Below are positions 37,854-50,453 of a DNA stretch of 64,000 bases, piece after piece. Within the stretch, counting starts at the first letter, position 1. Every line of letters begins with the position of its first letter. The notes beneath the pieces are model-generated. The model searched no databases, had not been told where the DNA came from, and saw only the letters and a program-made list of their open reading frames with translations. The stretch comes from Phoronis australis (taxonomy: Eukaryota; Animalia; Phoronida). Made by a program: the position numbers and the translations under genes. The stretch lies in the NCBI GenBank assembly GCA_002633005.1, contig NMRA01000264.1, forward strand, positions 273,353 through 337,352. Direction: 5' to 3'.

Positions 37854-40230
37854 ATCTTTCACATGTATTTAAAATCACAGCAGTATGATTTGTTTGTTTT
37901 GTGATCACAGCAAACGCCAATTGTAACAATTGCTTGTGTTTATTTGACAAAATATGTTGGATTTAATTTCAAAGCCTTGGTTTGATTTCTGAGAAGTATG
38001 TATCCATTTGAGTTTAAGTTGACGTTATTGATGAGAAAAATTACCTTTCTGTTCCAACGGAGATTTGAACATGTAACCCCTGTGGCTGACAAAGCTAAAC
38101 CCCACTCATAAGGGCATAAAAGCATGTTTACTTGGTAAAGTCACTAGCCCCGATTTCAGTGACAATGGCAAGAAATTCAATTTTCAATAAAATCACAAAA
38201 ACAGCACATTTGTTGTTTATTTATAGCTCAGGTCAAAGTTAATAACTTCAGGAAGTCTGTCTCGTCCAACAATGATCCCAAAATCTGTTTTTGGCCATGA
38301 AACCAATAATGTCCTTTCAAAATGTCCGTCATTTGCTAATTATTCAGCGCATTTGCTTCGTTATTGGACGGTGCGTTAACATCTTTTTTGTCAAGCATCC
38401 ATATTCAACAGTCCCAATTTTATGTATCTGTATTACAATAATAAATGTAAATCTTGAATGATAAAAATTAATCATTTTGTGCTAGAAGAAAGCCAGAGAA
38501 TAATTAAAATCGATTTGAAACCCAAGAACGAGACTATTCAAAATGGGATGACATGAATAAGAAGACCAAAGAGTAGATGTACATGTGTTGATAGCATTCC
38601 CCATGGGAAGTAACTACTAATGTGGCTGTGTTTGACCTGATCAATAAAACAAACTTGGATGTTAATGCAAATAAAGGTTGAATGACGTGTAACAGTCAAC
38701 AAAGGAATTTGTTCAGGTTGTGTGCTTTTAAATCACTATAGAAAGATTTGGTAACTTTGGTCGTTTCAGCTTTTTTGTTAATTAGGTCTTTCAAAGTTCA
38801 TGGATGCATTGTCTATGCGGGAATCCTATTACTAGCTGTATACCGTAAACATCCTGCCAGGGCTCGACGGTATGAAAATTGCCTGGTCACATTTTGCGGC
38901 CTAGCCAAAATCCCAGCTCGCTTTTTCAAAATCCAGCTCGCATTCATAAACGCTAGGTCGCAAAATTTTGCAGTCATTTTTACATGCTGATATTTATTTT
39001 TAAGATGATCAAGAAAATGTTTAGATTATGCACTTACCTGCGGCATTAAATGCTCAAAACTTTCAGGTCTCAAAACCACGTTCTTACATGCAGGTAGGGC
39101 ATTACTGTTCTTCACAATGCCATTAAGGAACTCTGTGGGGTGGATGTCTGTTTCTTACAAACATTGGTTATTTAAATAACTAAGTTTGTCTTTAAGATGT
39201 TTCTAGTGGTGGCATATTTAGTAGATAGTTTCGAATGTTATTTTCCCCTATAGATATTTGCTAACAACTCCATTGTTCTGTACGTATTCAAAAATGAACC
39301 ACTGTCTTGGTATTGCTTTCATAAGCCAAGCCGTGTCACAATGGCAATACATCGCATGTGGACACCGAAGGCGAAGGCGTAGCTAGGCTGATGAATCAGC
39401 TATGTGACAGGTCATTTTCACAGTCTCGCTCTTGTACAAATAAATGTTGGATTGTAACAGTGGTTTACTTTTCATTGTTTAACGTAAAGTTGATACTTGC
39501 TTATTTGTGAAAACAGTTATAATCATAGTTTTAATGAGACATGACATCTTTAACTTAATTAGTTGTGGAGTGTTGATATAAAGTGCGTAATTAACTTCGC
39601 TTTCCTAACGTTAACTGACATTGAAGTTATCGCTTTTTGACGCGAGGGTCAGCAAAGTTATCGCACCGACGAAAACGTTTCGTATGTATTTTTTAAATGT
39701 GGAAAGTTGTTTATGTTTTCTGATATAGAAGAATGGGTAATATTTTAACACCTATTACCAAATATAAACATCACATGCCATTATTCACTGTGACACCTGC
39801 CCATAAGTCATGGTTAAGCTTTCACACTGTATCAGAAGGTGCCCACATCATGTTAAATCCATCTGTTCACTCAAAGGTTAACTTGTGGTTTTAGCTTCCA
39901 AGATCAAAGTTAACCTTTGACACTGACAGACACTCCCAAAAACATCAATTTGTTGTTCACAATAGGCGATTACGTAAATGCATAAGCAACTATTCTTTAC
40001 ACTTGGCCAATATTATCAGAGGATTAGTAATTTGCTCAACAATCTTGGCCTAGCTTGGTTAGATTTAGCATAAGTGTCAGCATTTTGAGACTTAGTACCG
40101 TAATTGTCCTTTTGTACTGTCATGATAGTCTCTTGCAACACCTGGCATTGTATTTTTTCATCCTCATGGTATTTGAAATTTGATATTCTGTTCATTATTA
40201 AATGTTTGTCATCTTTTCCCTCCCACACAG

Positions 40231-40296
40231 GTATTGACCTTCCAACTCTAGATGCCCGTCAAGTATGGCGGTCTGATTGCGCTGGGTATGACTGCG
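40231..40296 (+). other. Candidate exon (possible alternative 5' exon of the PTP gene)
   Basis: Pyrimidine-rich acceptor cttttccctcccacacag| and GCG|gtaaga donor; the ATG at 40252 gives MPVKYGGLIALGMTA with phase 0 exit. Confidence 0.3.
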
Positions 40297-42288
40297 GTAA
40301 GAGCTAATGTCAGATGTTTTGATATGCCACTGTGCACTTTTACAGTATCTGTAAGGTTAAAAAGTCTACTGCGGTAATGTCAAATTAGCTTGAAGCAACT
40401 TGCATTTGCACACCTACAAAAGTGTGATACATTTTCTGAAGCTTTGTTAATTCTCCATTATTTTGCACAAATTAATTTAAATACATTTTCCAGATAGCCA
40501 GGGTGTGCCAAATCAACTGAATATGCAGACTTTGCAGTTGATGGGTGTGTGAAATTAACTGAGTAACCAAGCATTGCCAACTGCCCAGGTGTGAATTTAA
40601 CAGAATGTGGCCTAGGGGTTGCTACTGTGAACCAAGTGACAGTTATTAAGTTCCTTTATGCTGTTCCAATATGAGAGGTCTTCTCCCATCTCTGGTGAAA
40701 TGCCATTTTGAGCACATGACTTAGTGACGGGACACTCATGGCCACCCGTGTCACCACATGTTTACAACGGCATGAGATATCTCATATGTGAATGCATGAC
40801 TGAAGTAGTGAATACATTATGATCAGACCTTATTAACAATGCCAAAGAGGTGTGTTTTACTAGAATTAATCACAGGACTTAGCCTTGATATTTTCCGAAG
40901 TGCAAAACTGACTGCTTACAAATAGGTGAGGCAGAAATTTTCAAAGTAGCCTCGTGCAAAATAAGTGACGGGCAAAATATTTTTTTCACATACGTAATTT
41001 TAGGTGTGCCCAAAATGAAAACGAAATGGTTTTAAAAATCGTTTTAGAAAACTCAGAGTGTTTTTGAGACCACACCTTGTACATTTACATCAAGTAAAAT
41101 TTGATCATGTTATTTACACCATTATTTTGTTATCAATGTACCTTTCTTACTAAGAAGACCTGGTCCCATGACCAAATTAATAACAGACTAGCTGGAACCC
41201 GTGTTTCACACGGGCACCAGCTAGTGTAAGGGAATCAGCTTTACTTTCTGCTAGACATGGGAAGTTGCCGTGGTGATGCAGGTTCAGTTAAGAAACAAAA
41301 ATATCACGTAAAAGCTGGGCTGTTATCAATACTTTAAAGTATTGTTTGCAATTTTCATCCATTATTTCTTTATCGAATTTCATTTTTTCGTTGAATCCAT
41401 GGTCATAGTTATTTCACCATACACAAATGTGATGGTGGTAATACCACGAAGTGCATACATGCAATGTGTCTTTATTAACATACCTCAAATTAACATGTAC
41501 AAGTCTTTTCATAAATGTACGTTTCACGTGTTAAGCTGCAGTGAACAAAGTCCTCAATCAAATTATTTTGTTGCTGTTTCCATCATCGTAGAGCACAGAG
41601 TCAATTGCTGTGCAAACAAAATGTGGCAAAGAGAAAGCGCAATGGCATTGGCATGAAGAATACAGCAGCAACACGTCTCACACAGTGTTTGACCTTCAGC
41701 AAATAAATGTGCTGGCCTACTGGGTCAGTTACTTGAATACGAGACCACATCCACATAGGGCCTATATGTGAAGGTTTACTGGCCCGGCTGCAAATCCACT
41801 GGCCCCTGGCCACCATGTATTTCGAAGGCTGGTCTCGCACTGTGTTGGCTTCCAGCAAATGGAGTCTGACCACACGCCTATTTTAACCTGACCTTGTATT
41901 GCATGCAGATATTCAAATGATGTTCGATTGCATGGTTCTTGGATGATTAGTGTTCGTAGGCCAATAAAATTCTTTGCTCCCTCTTTTCCAATTATGAAGA
42001 AGTTTTCAACCAATAATTGAGGTTTTTTAATTAATTATTTACATAAAGCCATTTCCAATCTTGAGTTGTTTTTTCATAGTAACCGGTACTTGTAAAAGGG
42101 AAAAGAACAACAACGATCAAATATACTTGGGAGCCATTTTGATACATCAGTGTTCTCCATGACCAGTTTAACCTGAGAGAGTTCAGTAATGCTTAGGATC
42201 TCACAAAAAAAATCTAGCCAAAATCACATGTTCTCATTTAAAATACACGGCAACATCTCATGTAATCTTGCGAAGTGTTGCATTTCAG

Positions 42289-42341
42289 CGAAGTCCTAGC
42301 GTTACTGAACTAAGGGACAGGTTTGCCGGTGTTTCTATCAG
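42289..42341 (+). CDS. Candidate PTP upstream coding exon
   Basis: catttcag|CGA...AG|gtttga; only frame 0 is open: RSPSVTELRDRFAGVSI; phase-compatible with the phase 0 exits at 33126 and 40296. Confidence 0.3.
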
Positions 42342-43530
42342 GTTTGAGTAACCTGCAACATAAGGGCTTTTTTGCCTGTAACAAAGAATGCCTGCCAGGT
42401 CGAGTACAGTTAGGTCTTTCTGACACACACAACAACATGAAAGTGTCATGTATGAAGATATGAGTGTGATTCTAGACGCGATCAATCTTATTTGGTAACT
42501 TGAAAATTTTAACCAAAGTGCCCACCAGGATTGTGTCATTCTGTGCCAGTCCAATGTGGCAAAAGGTTGACCCAGATGAACATTAACACCTGACCTGATG
42601 CGGGAAACCTCGAACACTTAAAACTGCCTTTGTTTATAATTCAATTTGAACCCAAAATGTAAAAATGTTTGTCTGCTGTATATGACCATAATATTCCGCA
42701 ACAGGACTGATTCCACATCAGGACGCCGAAATGAATTATTATAACGGGAAATGTGAAACTTTTGAACAGTTGATTCTTTGGGCTTGTAGTTGTAAGCCTA
42801 CGCCGGAGACAAAGGAAAACCTGACTACAAAAGATGGACAAAAAGTGGATTTACATGTATCTTTGGTACTGCACTAAAGACTGGAATAAAGGATGAGATC
42901 TTGGTCACTTACCTTTAATATAAAAGTACTTTTAATAGGAAGAAACTCTCATCCCGTCATCATCGTTTCTCCATTTTTAGGCCTCTATGAAGTACGCCAC
43001 CGCAGCACACAGATTACGCCTACATGGCAGCGAACGAGTGCGCATGAAATACCAAGGCAGCTCTTCCATTTACTCGGAATTTCAGAAATTTATCCAATGT
43101 TGACATAGTTTCTTTGAATTCTCTCGCCATTGAGCACGCGACTTAGTAGGCATAAACGCAGGCCGCGGACGAATACCCCCCAAATGTGTATGGCTTCAAG
43201 ATAGTAGCATGAACGCCGGATCGACTGAGGCCACGACTCATTAAGACAAAGAAAAAAAACACCTCAGTGATTTGTAGCCACAAAACCCTGTGCATTTCCG
43301 TCGCGGGAACAATTGGGAAAGAGGCGTGGGACGGGGGCGGGTGTCCTCGTGGCCGCTCTCCAGTTGTTTCTGTCCGACGGAGTCGAACGACAGTTGCACG
43401 TCAACATACATGTCTGAAATTGGCAAAAAATCACAAATCTAATTCTACAGTCTTTCTACTTTCTCAAAATACGTACTTTTAGTGAGTTAAAATCTAGTTA
43501 TGTAGATATTTGGATAAATACACAGACCTT

Positions 43531-43646
43531 TCAGTAAGGTCCTACATAGCCTTAAAGATTCAGTAAGGTCCTACATAGCCTTAAAGATCCAGTAAGGTCC
43601 TACATAGCCTTAAAGATTCAGTAAGGTCCTACATAGCCTTAAAGAT
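43531..43646. repeat. 29-bp tandem repeat (>=4 copies) running into an assembly gap
   Basis: tcagtaaggtcctacatagccttaaagat x4, then N-gap 43647-43914. Confidence 0.92.
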
Positions 43647-44768
43647 NNNNNNNNNNNNNNNNNNNNNNNNNNNNNNNNNNNNNNNNNNNNNNNNNNNNNN
43701 NNNNNNNNNNNNNNNNNNNNNNNNNNNNNNNNNNNNNNNNNNNNNNNNNNNNNNNNNNNNNNNNNNNNNNNNNNNNNNNNNNNNNNNNNNNNNNNNNNNN
43801 NNNNNNNNNNNNNNNNNNNNNNNNNNNNNNNNNNNNNNNNNNNNNNNNNNNNNNNNNNNNNNNNNNNNNNNNNNNNNNNNNNNNNNNNNNNNNNNNNNNN
43901 NNNNNNNNNNNNNNGCTCCGCGTTGCTCTTGTTTTGGTTTCGATTTCTTATTTGATTTCCAGTTTCCTCTTTTTTCATCTCTTTTTTATCTTTATTTTGA
44001 CTATGTTCTTGCAAAAGCATTTATTTCAGTTAAATTTTACAACACAAAAAATATTTCTATCACACAAGTCTGTTTGTAGAACGATACGTCACCCGGAAAA
44101 TTTTCTTCTTTTTTTGTCATTGGTCATTCTGAGCCCTGATAACATGTAGTATGTGCTTTGGGTATGTTTGTCAATTGATTTGCGCAATAGAGGGTCCCTC
44201 TTTAACCATAGACACTGTGTTAGGGCAATGAAGGGTCCATCTTTAACCATAGACACTCTGTTAGGGCAGCCATGCGTTGAAAGAAACTGCAGATTCCCCC
44301 ATTTTGCTCTTACAAAGATTAGCATCACTTTTTCAAGGTTTTCACTTTAATTGAGATTTTTTCCTGTCCCAGGACACTTCATTTATGGTCTATTTTTAAG
44401 ACTGCCCCTAAACGTGACTACCAGAATTTTGGGATCGTGCACTCAAATACTTGCTCTTTACCAAATAGTCTAAATTGCACTGATATTACGCCATATGTAA
44501 TATTTGCTAACTGCAACCTCTAAATTTTGATCAGATCAATAGCATGTTGTGTATTTATTGCATATGTAAAGAATCTCAGTATTGTGATTCTAAAGGGTCA
44601 ATAGAACAATATTGAACCATTTTCGAATTCGGAAATGGAATCTTATCGCTGTAAAGAATATTATTAGTTTGTGTTCATCAGAGTAAAAGGCCTAATTCGA
44701 TTATCTTCTTTTAGCCAAATAAACGGGGTGAAGTGCACTTTTAAATTTCCAGTTGTGTTTGCTTTCAG

Positions 44769-44845
44769 ATGAAGTGACACGTGTCGTGTTACCAGATTTT
44801 GAGGATGAACCATTGTCATCATATATCAATGCTAACTACATCAGG
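44769..44845 (+). CDS. PTPRR: R7-type tyrosine phosphatase exon (motifs 2-3)
   Basis: tttcag|AT...AGG|gtacgt; EVTRVVLPDFEDEPLSSYINANYIR. The symbol denotes the PTPRR/PTPN5/PTPN7 subfamily, not a one-to-one orthology. Confidence 0.92.
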
Positions 44846-45464
44846 GTACGTTGACTGAGTCATGAACATAGAATTGTGTTCTCATGTTTAAATCAAACAT
44901 TCAGTGATTATACCAATGTGCATTGTGACTGTAGAAAATATTTCTTTATATTCTATTTAATGACTTCTTCAGTATTGTTTGAAGACAGCTAAAGGAATTG
45001 CTAGTCTTTCCAGGTTGTGGTACAGAATTTACCTCAAAACAATTTCTCACCATGATCAGCAGTCATTCTCAGAAAGAGTTTTATTTGAACAGTAACAGTG
45101 GAGCTTGCTTAAGTTTATAGCCTCAGTTTCAACATATTGATAATAAGTAGGATATTCCAGCAGGCTCCGACGTGGCGGTGATAGTAACCACTGACCAAGC
45201 TGATCATAAGGGGGGAGTCTGACTGTAATACAGCTAAACAGGAAACCACTGACTTGTGCTGTACTTAGGCAAATGAATTGAATGTGCATTGAGTTGTTGT
45301 TAGATGAAAAGTGAAGGTACACACGATAATGGGCGGATTCCTTTCCATGGATTTAATGATAAATGACTCTGTTTTTTGACATTTCATGACAATAACCAGA
45401 CTATTGTGTTCTCTGATATGACATTAAGTGGTCTCCACTTGACTACTTCCCCAAGTAATAGAAT

Positions 45465-45645
45465 GTTACTGAGATCATGGTGTTATACACTACCCTGCAA
45501 GTTACTGAGATCATGGTGTTATACACTACCCTGCAAGTTACTGAGAGCATGGTGTTATACAATCCCCTGCAAGTTCCTGAGATCATGGTGTTATACATTT
45601 CCCTGCAAGTTACTGAGATCATGGTGTTATACACTCCCCTGCAAG
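45465..45645. repeat. Intronic minisatellite, 36-bp unit x5
   Basis: gttactgagatcatggtgttatacactaccctgcaa x5; source of the repetitive ORFs at 45376-45680. Confidence 0.93.
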
Positions 45646-45869
45646 TCGCTCTGTTCTTAAGCACCAATGTTCATTTTTGAATGCATGAAATGTACTGTAG
45701 GGTGCATTTGTTTCACCTGTGATACTTAGGCCAATGGTCTAATCTCTGTGCTAGAAACTTGACTTGAAATGTCTGAGTTTGAAGATTATATCCTTGGCCC
45801 TGGTTTTAAAATTAGCACCATGGTTTTTATACTGTCTGATTTAGTGACCAAAATTCGACATCACTACAG

Positions 45870-46007
45870 GGTTATGAAGAAGAGCCTCAGGCGTTCATCG
45901 CCACCCAAGGTCCTATGGCACATACTGTGAACGATTTCTGGTTCATGGTCTGGCACCAGAGAGCGCCCATCATCGTCATGATCACAAAACTAGTGGAAAA
46001 TAATAAG
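45870..46007 (+). CDS. PTPRR: R7-type PTP exon (motifs 4-6)
   Basis: ctacag|GGT...AAG|gtctgt; GYEEEPQAFIATQGPMAHTVNDFWFMVWHQRAPIIVMITKLVENNK. Confidence 0.95.
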
Positions 46008-47006
46008 GTCTGTGAAGTTAGTAATAATTCTGATAACAGTGACAGTAATAATAATATATAATAGTGATAACAATATTCATTTAACGGGTTCTAAAAGTAT
46101 TAACTTGGATGAAAACAAAGATGAGATTTTAGTGTGTTTGCTCCATGTTTTCAAGCGCTATGGTTCAGTGGCCTAACCTTACAAATATTTTGGAGCCTGT
46201 TTCAAGTTTTTTGGTTCTGTGTAAATATTTCCATCTCTATAGGGTCCGTGGAAACATCCAAAAATTATGTACAAGACACTCACATTATCTGGAAAAAGAC
46301 TCTTATTTTTAGCTACCAATAAAATAACTTCCTGTTCTTTTAACACACGTACATGGTACACAACCTCACAGTTTCAATCACGGCATGATTCAAGCATGCT
46401 AGTTGGTTCCTGGTGTACACCTCGACAAATTTTGAAATCTACACCTCACTAGTTGAAGCAGCTTGTTCGTTCCGTCCAAAACATTTAAGTTTTGATTAAG
46501 ACCAGACTTACTTCTGTGAAATTTGTTTGAACTTGTTCCTTACTCAGATGAGAAGTGATTTTTGGGTTTCAAAAGAAGTGACACTTAATTATTTGTCCAG
46601 ACTATGGTCTGCCCATGAAATGTCACTCTGTGGTAAACCAACCTGGAGAGACTGATTTTAAGCATACCAGTCCTGAAATTTAACTGAGAAATAATTTAAG
46701 ACCAATTTCGTAATGGGAAGTGATCTAAATCAAAAGTTGGCTTTTGTATTAAAGACAGGTTTTTAGCTGCTTTAAAGAAAAAAAGGGCATCAATTTCTTC
46801 CAATCAGACTTTTTTGAAAGCCACACAAGTGCGCGCAGCCAACATTTTACTCACCCTCATCCTTAGTTGCCATCTACAATGCTTTGGCCAGTTTTCTTTC
46901 TTGGCTTAGAATCCAGCAAATATTTAGTCTGAGGCAACACACACGTAAAGTCCGCCTGTGTCTTTTTAGTTTGGTTTTAGTAAAATTTTTTGTTTTATAT
47001 TGACAG

Positions 47007-47120
47007 GTGAAATGTGAGGGCTACGTGCCTGAGAGTCATGCCTGGTATGGGAGAGTGCATGTTGGTGTAGAGAAGACTTTCAGTGTCGACCACTATACAG
47101 TCAGACAGCTTAAACTTGAG
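47007..47120 (+). CDS. PTPRR: R7-type PTP exon (motif 7)
   Basis: tgacag|GTG...GAG|gtcagt; VKCEGYVPESHAWYGRVHVGVEKTFSVDHYTVRQLKLE. Confidence 0.9.
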
Positions 47121-47619
47121 GTCAGTCTAACATCTGTTGTTACGTTCTTAGTGAGCGCCATTTTGCTTAGTTACGATTATAAGGTCTTGAGCATGCTCAT
47201 GAAACACTCACTGTTCACTCCGGCCCGTGACTCCTTAGTATAACATGGTGTCAATCCCTGCACTATCAGTTTAACCACGTTTGCAATGTTAAAACAAGTA
47301 GTTATTGAATGCAGTTGTAACATTTTTGCATCTGTGAGACTCGTAAGTTTCAAGAAGAGGAATAAAAGCAACTGACCATCGTAACTGTTTTATGGCCTTT
47401 GTCACCAGGGGGCAAATGAACCAGAGTTTGTACGTTAGTGGTGACGCTATTTGGAAATCCGGGGTAGCGTAGTTATTGCAGCATGAGTAGAATAAAATAT
47501 TGCTTTCTCATTGGGGAACTCCTGTCTATCAAAACTCTATTGCAACTTAGGTTAACCTTTCCCACTGACACCGACATCTGATTCATCACTAGATAGCTAG
47601 TATGCAATCGTTCTTACAG

Positions 47620-47774
47620 TACTTAGACAAAGTGCGCACAGTATGGCATTATTGGTACCATGCGTGGGATGACCACAAGGCACCGACTACGGCCAGACAA
47701 CTGTTAAACTTGGCAAAGGAAGTACGGCAGAGCCGGATAGAGCTCCCTAAGGGGCCAGTTATAGTGCATTGCAG
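47620..47774 (+). CDS. PTPRR: R7-type PTP exon (WPD-equivalent loop and catalytic Cys)
   Basis: ttacag|TAC...AG|gtaggg; YLDKVRTVWHYWYHAWDDHKAPTTARQLLNLAKEVRQSRIELPKGPVIVHC. Confidence 0.94.
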
Positions 47775-48193
47775 GTAGGGTTTGGCTTTTTTGAAATTCA
47801 CATGATTTTGAGGGTTTAACAATAGCACATAAGATTGAAAGTCATGTGTAGTTCTTGTACATTTTTTGATACCGTTGAATGAGAATTTTGAAACTTGCAT
47901 TTTAGTGCTACCATTTCATGAAAAGTTTTGAAACTTTAAAAATCTTAATACTCATTCTCAATGGAACAATGCCACACCTGGATTTAAACATTTTCAGATC
48001 GCATTAAATTCATTAGTTAACTGTGGACCCTAATATGGACATCCGACATCCATGCTTTAAAATGTAGGAGCATGTATTAAGATATTTGTATATAAGTAAT
48101 AGTGTCTTTATTTACCATGTTTCTACCCACTGGCTGATGTATATGGGTTCAGGTCATTTAAACCCCCCCCCCCCAACAGGAGACAAAACCAAA

Positions 48194-48345
48194 AAATACA
48201 TGCCACCAGCCTAAATACTCATAACCAGCCTAAATACACACCACCAGCCTAAATACACGCCACCAGCCTAAATACACGCCACCAGCCTAAATACACGCCA
48301 CCAGCCTAAATACACGCCATCAGCCTAAATACACACTACCAGCCT
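48194..48345. repeat. Intronic minisatellite, 19-bp unit x ~8
   Basis: aaatacacgccaccagcct repeated. Confidence 0.9.
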
Positions 48346-48764
48346 ATAACGGTGGCGCCAGCATAAGTAATGCCTTCATTGACACAATCATTGATTGGCC
48401 ACTCCTACCTACGCTGTTCCTCATGTTGTTATTACATCTAGTAAAAACTCGGTGTCCATTACGCGCGAAAAGGTGCGTAAGTAATGCTGACTTTTGGAAA
48501 AAGTCTAGCTACACCCTTGATTAATCAGTAGACATGGTGAACGTCCTGTCCAAGCTATATAGTGACTTCCAGTGCCTGTCTATGTAGTGTAAATGCCGCA
48601 ATTTTGACATGCTTTTGGTTGGTAATAGTCACTCACAAGGTCTTGCATTTCGAGAACCAGTTTTCTACTCTGAATACCAGGCCTCAAACTAGTTCTCAAA
48701 AGTCAAGACCCCTGTCAGTGGTTATTGTCTTTTGCTGTATCTCCTGGATGTGATCTGTTTCCAG

Positions 48765-48878
48765 TGCGGGTATCGGTCGTACCGGTTGCTTCATTGCCGT
48801 CTCTATTGGTATGCAACAGCTAGAGGAGGAGTACATGACTGATGTGTTGGGAATAGTGTGCTCCATGAGAATGGACCG
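48765..48878 (+). CDS. PTPRR: R7-type PTP exon (P-loop)
   Basis: ttccag|T...CG|gtaagt; SAGIGRTGCFIAVSIGMQQLEEEYMTDVLGIVCSMRMDR. GRTGCFIA and IVC.xRxDR are characteristic of the R7 subfamily. Confidence 0.95.
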
Positions 48879-49788
48879 GTAAGTGCAAATGTAATAGTCC
48901 TGTTCTGAAATAGTACAGCACGGCTCTCATTCTAAGATATTTACCCTCAATGCATCATAAGTGTCGACACTTGTCCTTCTTTTTGACGTGAAAATGTACT
49001 TGTCATTATCTCATATCTGAAGTAAAATATGTAATTCATCGCTGTAATGCAGGCAAACTTGCATGATTTCATTTCGAATTACAATACTGACAAAAAGAAA
49101 TTATCAAAAGGGGAAATATCAGTACTGGATGTGCTGTCTCTTTTTAGTCAACTCTGGAGCACTTGTAAAGTAGGTCAACCATGTAATGTACCTCCACCAA
49201 AGGGAGAGTTCAGTTGAGGATGGGCCTATTGTATTGAGAATAAATGGTAGCTTTCATGGCACCACCCAAGTATATATTCTGAAGCCGTTTTTTTATCACT
49301 GAAATAGACACATGGGAATTCCATACACACTGGTCAGTTTAATCATTGAACAGATTGTATATTCTGTTTATCACAAATTTTATCATTTATATCAAACATT
49401 AAGGTAATAACTGGCCCTAGAAAAATTTCTAAGTTTGGCTAATTTGACAACACTCACTGACTATGAAACTTTTAGAAACTACACTTTATGCATTGTTCAT
49501 GAAAACAATGTTGCGAATTGTTTTTAAAATGTTCCACTTTTGTATGAGGGGCTATCAAAATATATGTCTTTCGGTGATTTTTGCGAAACAAATCAAAAGC
49601 TGCAGAAAACAAAAATGATAATTTAGAAATCTGCAAGAGCGTTTTTGAGATTTCGTCTTGAACATTTGTAACAAACAAAATTTGGTCAATATTATTGATA
49701 CCATGGGGTCACGTGAACCAACAAATGACGGACTGATAAATAGTCAAAAATGCGATTATACAGATTTTCTACTTTCAGAAAAAATGTA

Positions 49789-49945
49789 CTGTAAACTCGC
49801 GGGTTAACGCCCATGCCCAAGTAATCGCCCATCCCTGACTTTGTCAATTTTTGGTTTAAGCGCCCACTGCTTGGGTAATCGCCCACCCCCCTGTCTCAGG
49901 GTTTCCCAAATTAAGCGCCCAGGGCATTTACCTATGAGTTTACGG
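49789..49945. mobile_element. Short TA-flanked CCGTA-type MITE
   Basis: TA|ctgtaaactcgcgggttaacgccc ... gggcatttacctatgagtttacgg|TA, inserted in another repeat. Confidence 0.7.
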
Positions 49946-50350
49946 TAGTTTTATTGACTTAAAATCTATAGTTTTGTAAGCATTTGATAAATATACGACT
50001 TGTTTATGTGGTCCTACATAACCATACAAACATTAAACATTTCATTTAGTCTGCCGTGCTTCTCAGGTTTTTGTATTGAAGAGTATTTTGAAGTGTAACT
50101 TTGAGTGAGAAAACCTATGGTGACATGTATTGGAAAATCTGTAGTCATCAAGCAAGTAGACCTCCACTTTTTTGCTGCAACCTTCACAGTATTGCATTCA
50201 ATGCAATTTCAGTTTATTTTGAAGACACCGTTAATTAATGACTGAGATAGAATTTTGTGGCTCTGGACTGAATGCGATTTACACTTTGACATTGTCAGAG
50301 TGCCTTACTGTCCAAAATATGGTTTTAATGGCTTATTCCTATGTTTCCAG

Positions 50351-50453
50351 AGGAGGCATGGTACAGACGGGGGAACAGTATGAATTTATACACCGAGCAT
50401 TGTGCCTATATGAGAGAGAGCTTCCTGCCTTGTCCCCTTTAACACCCAAGTGA
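50351..50453 (+). CDS. PTPRR: R7-type PTP terminal exon (Q loop)
   Basis: ttccag|A GGA GGC ATG; RGGMVQTGEQYEFIHRALCLYERELPALSPLTPK*, resembling PTPRR RGGMVQTSEQYEFVHHALCLYE. Confidence 0.95.

Noticed and set aside
42700-43108. Open frames with AG acceptors as the missing PTP exons
   Set aside because: No KNRY or KIM similarity and no suitable donors; probably the interior of the transposon ending at 43552.
43610-44020. 136-aa ORF
   Set aside because: Artefact of translating through the N-gap.
45376-45680. Repetitive ORFs (LLRSWCYTLPCK)
   Set aside because: Translation of an intronic 36-bp minisatellite.
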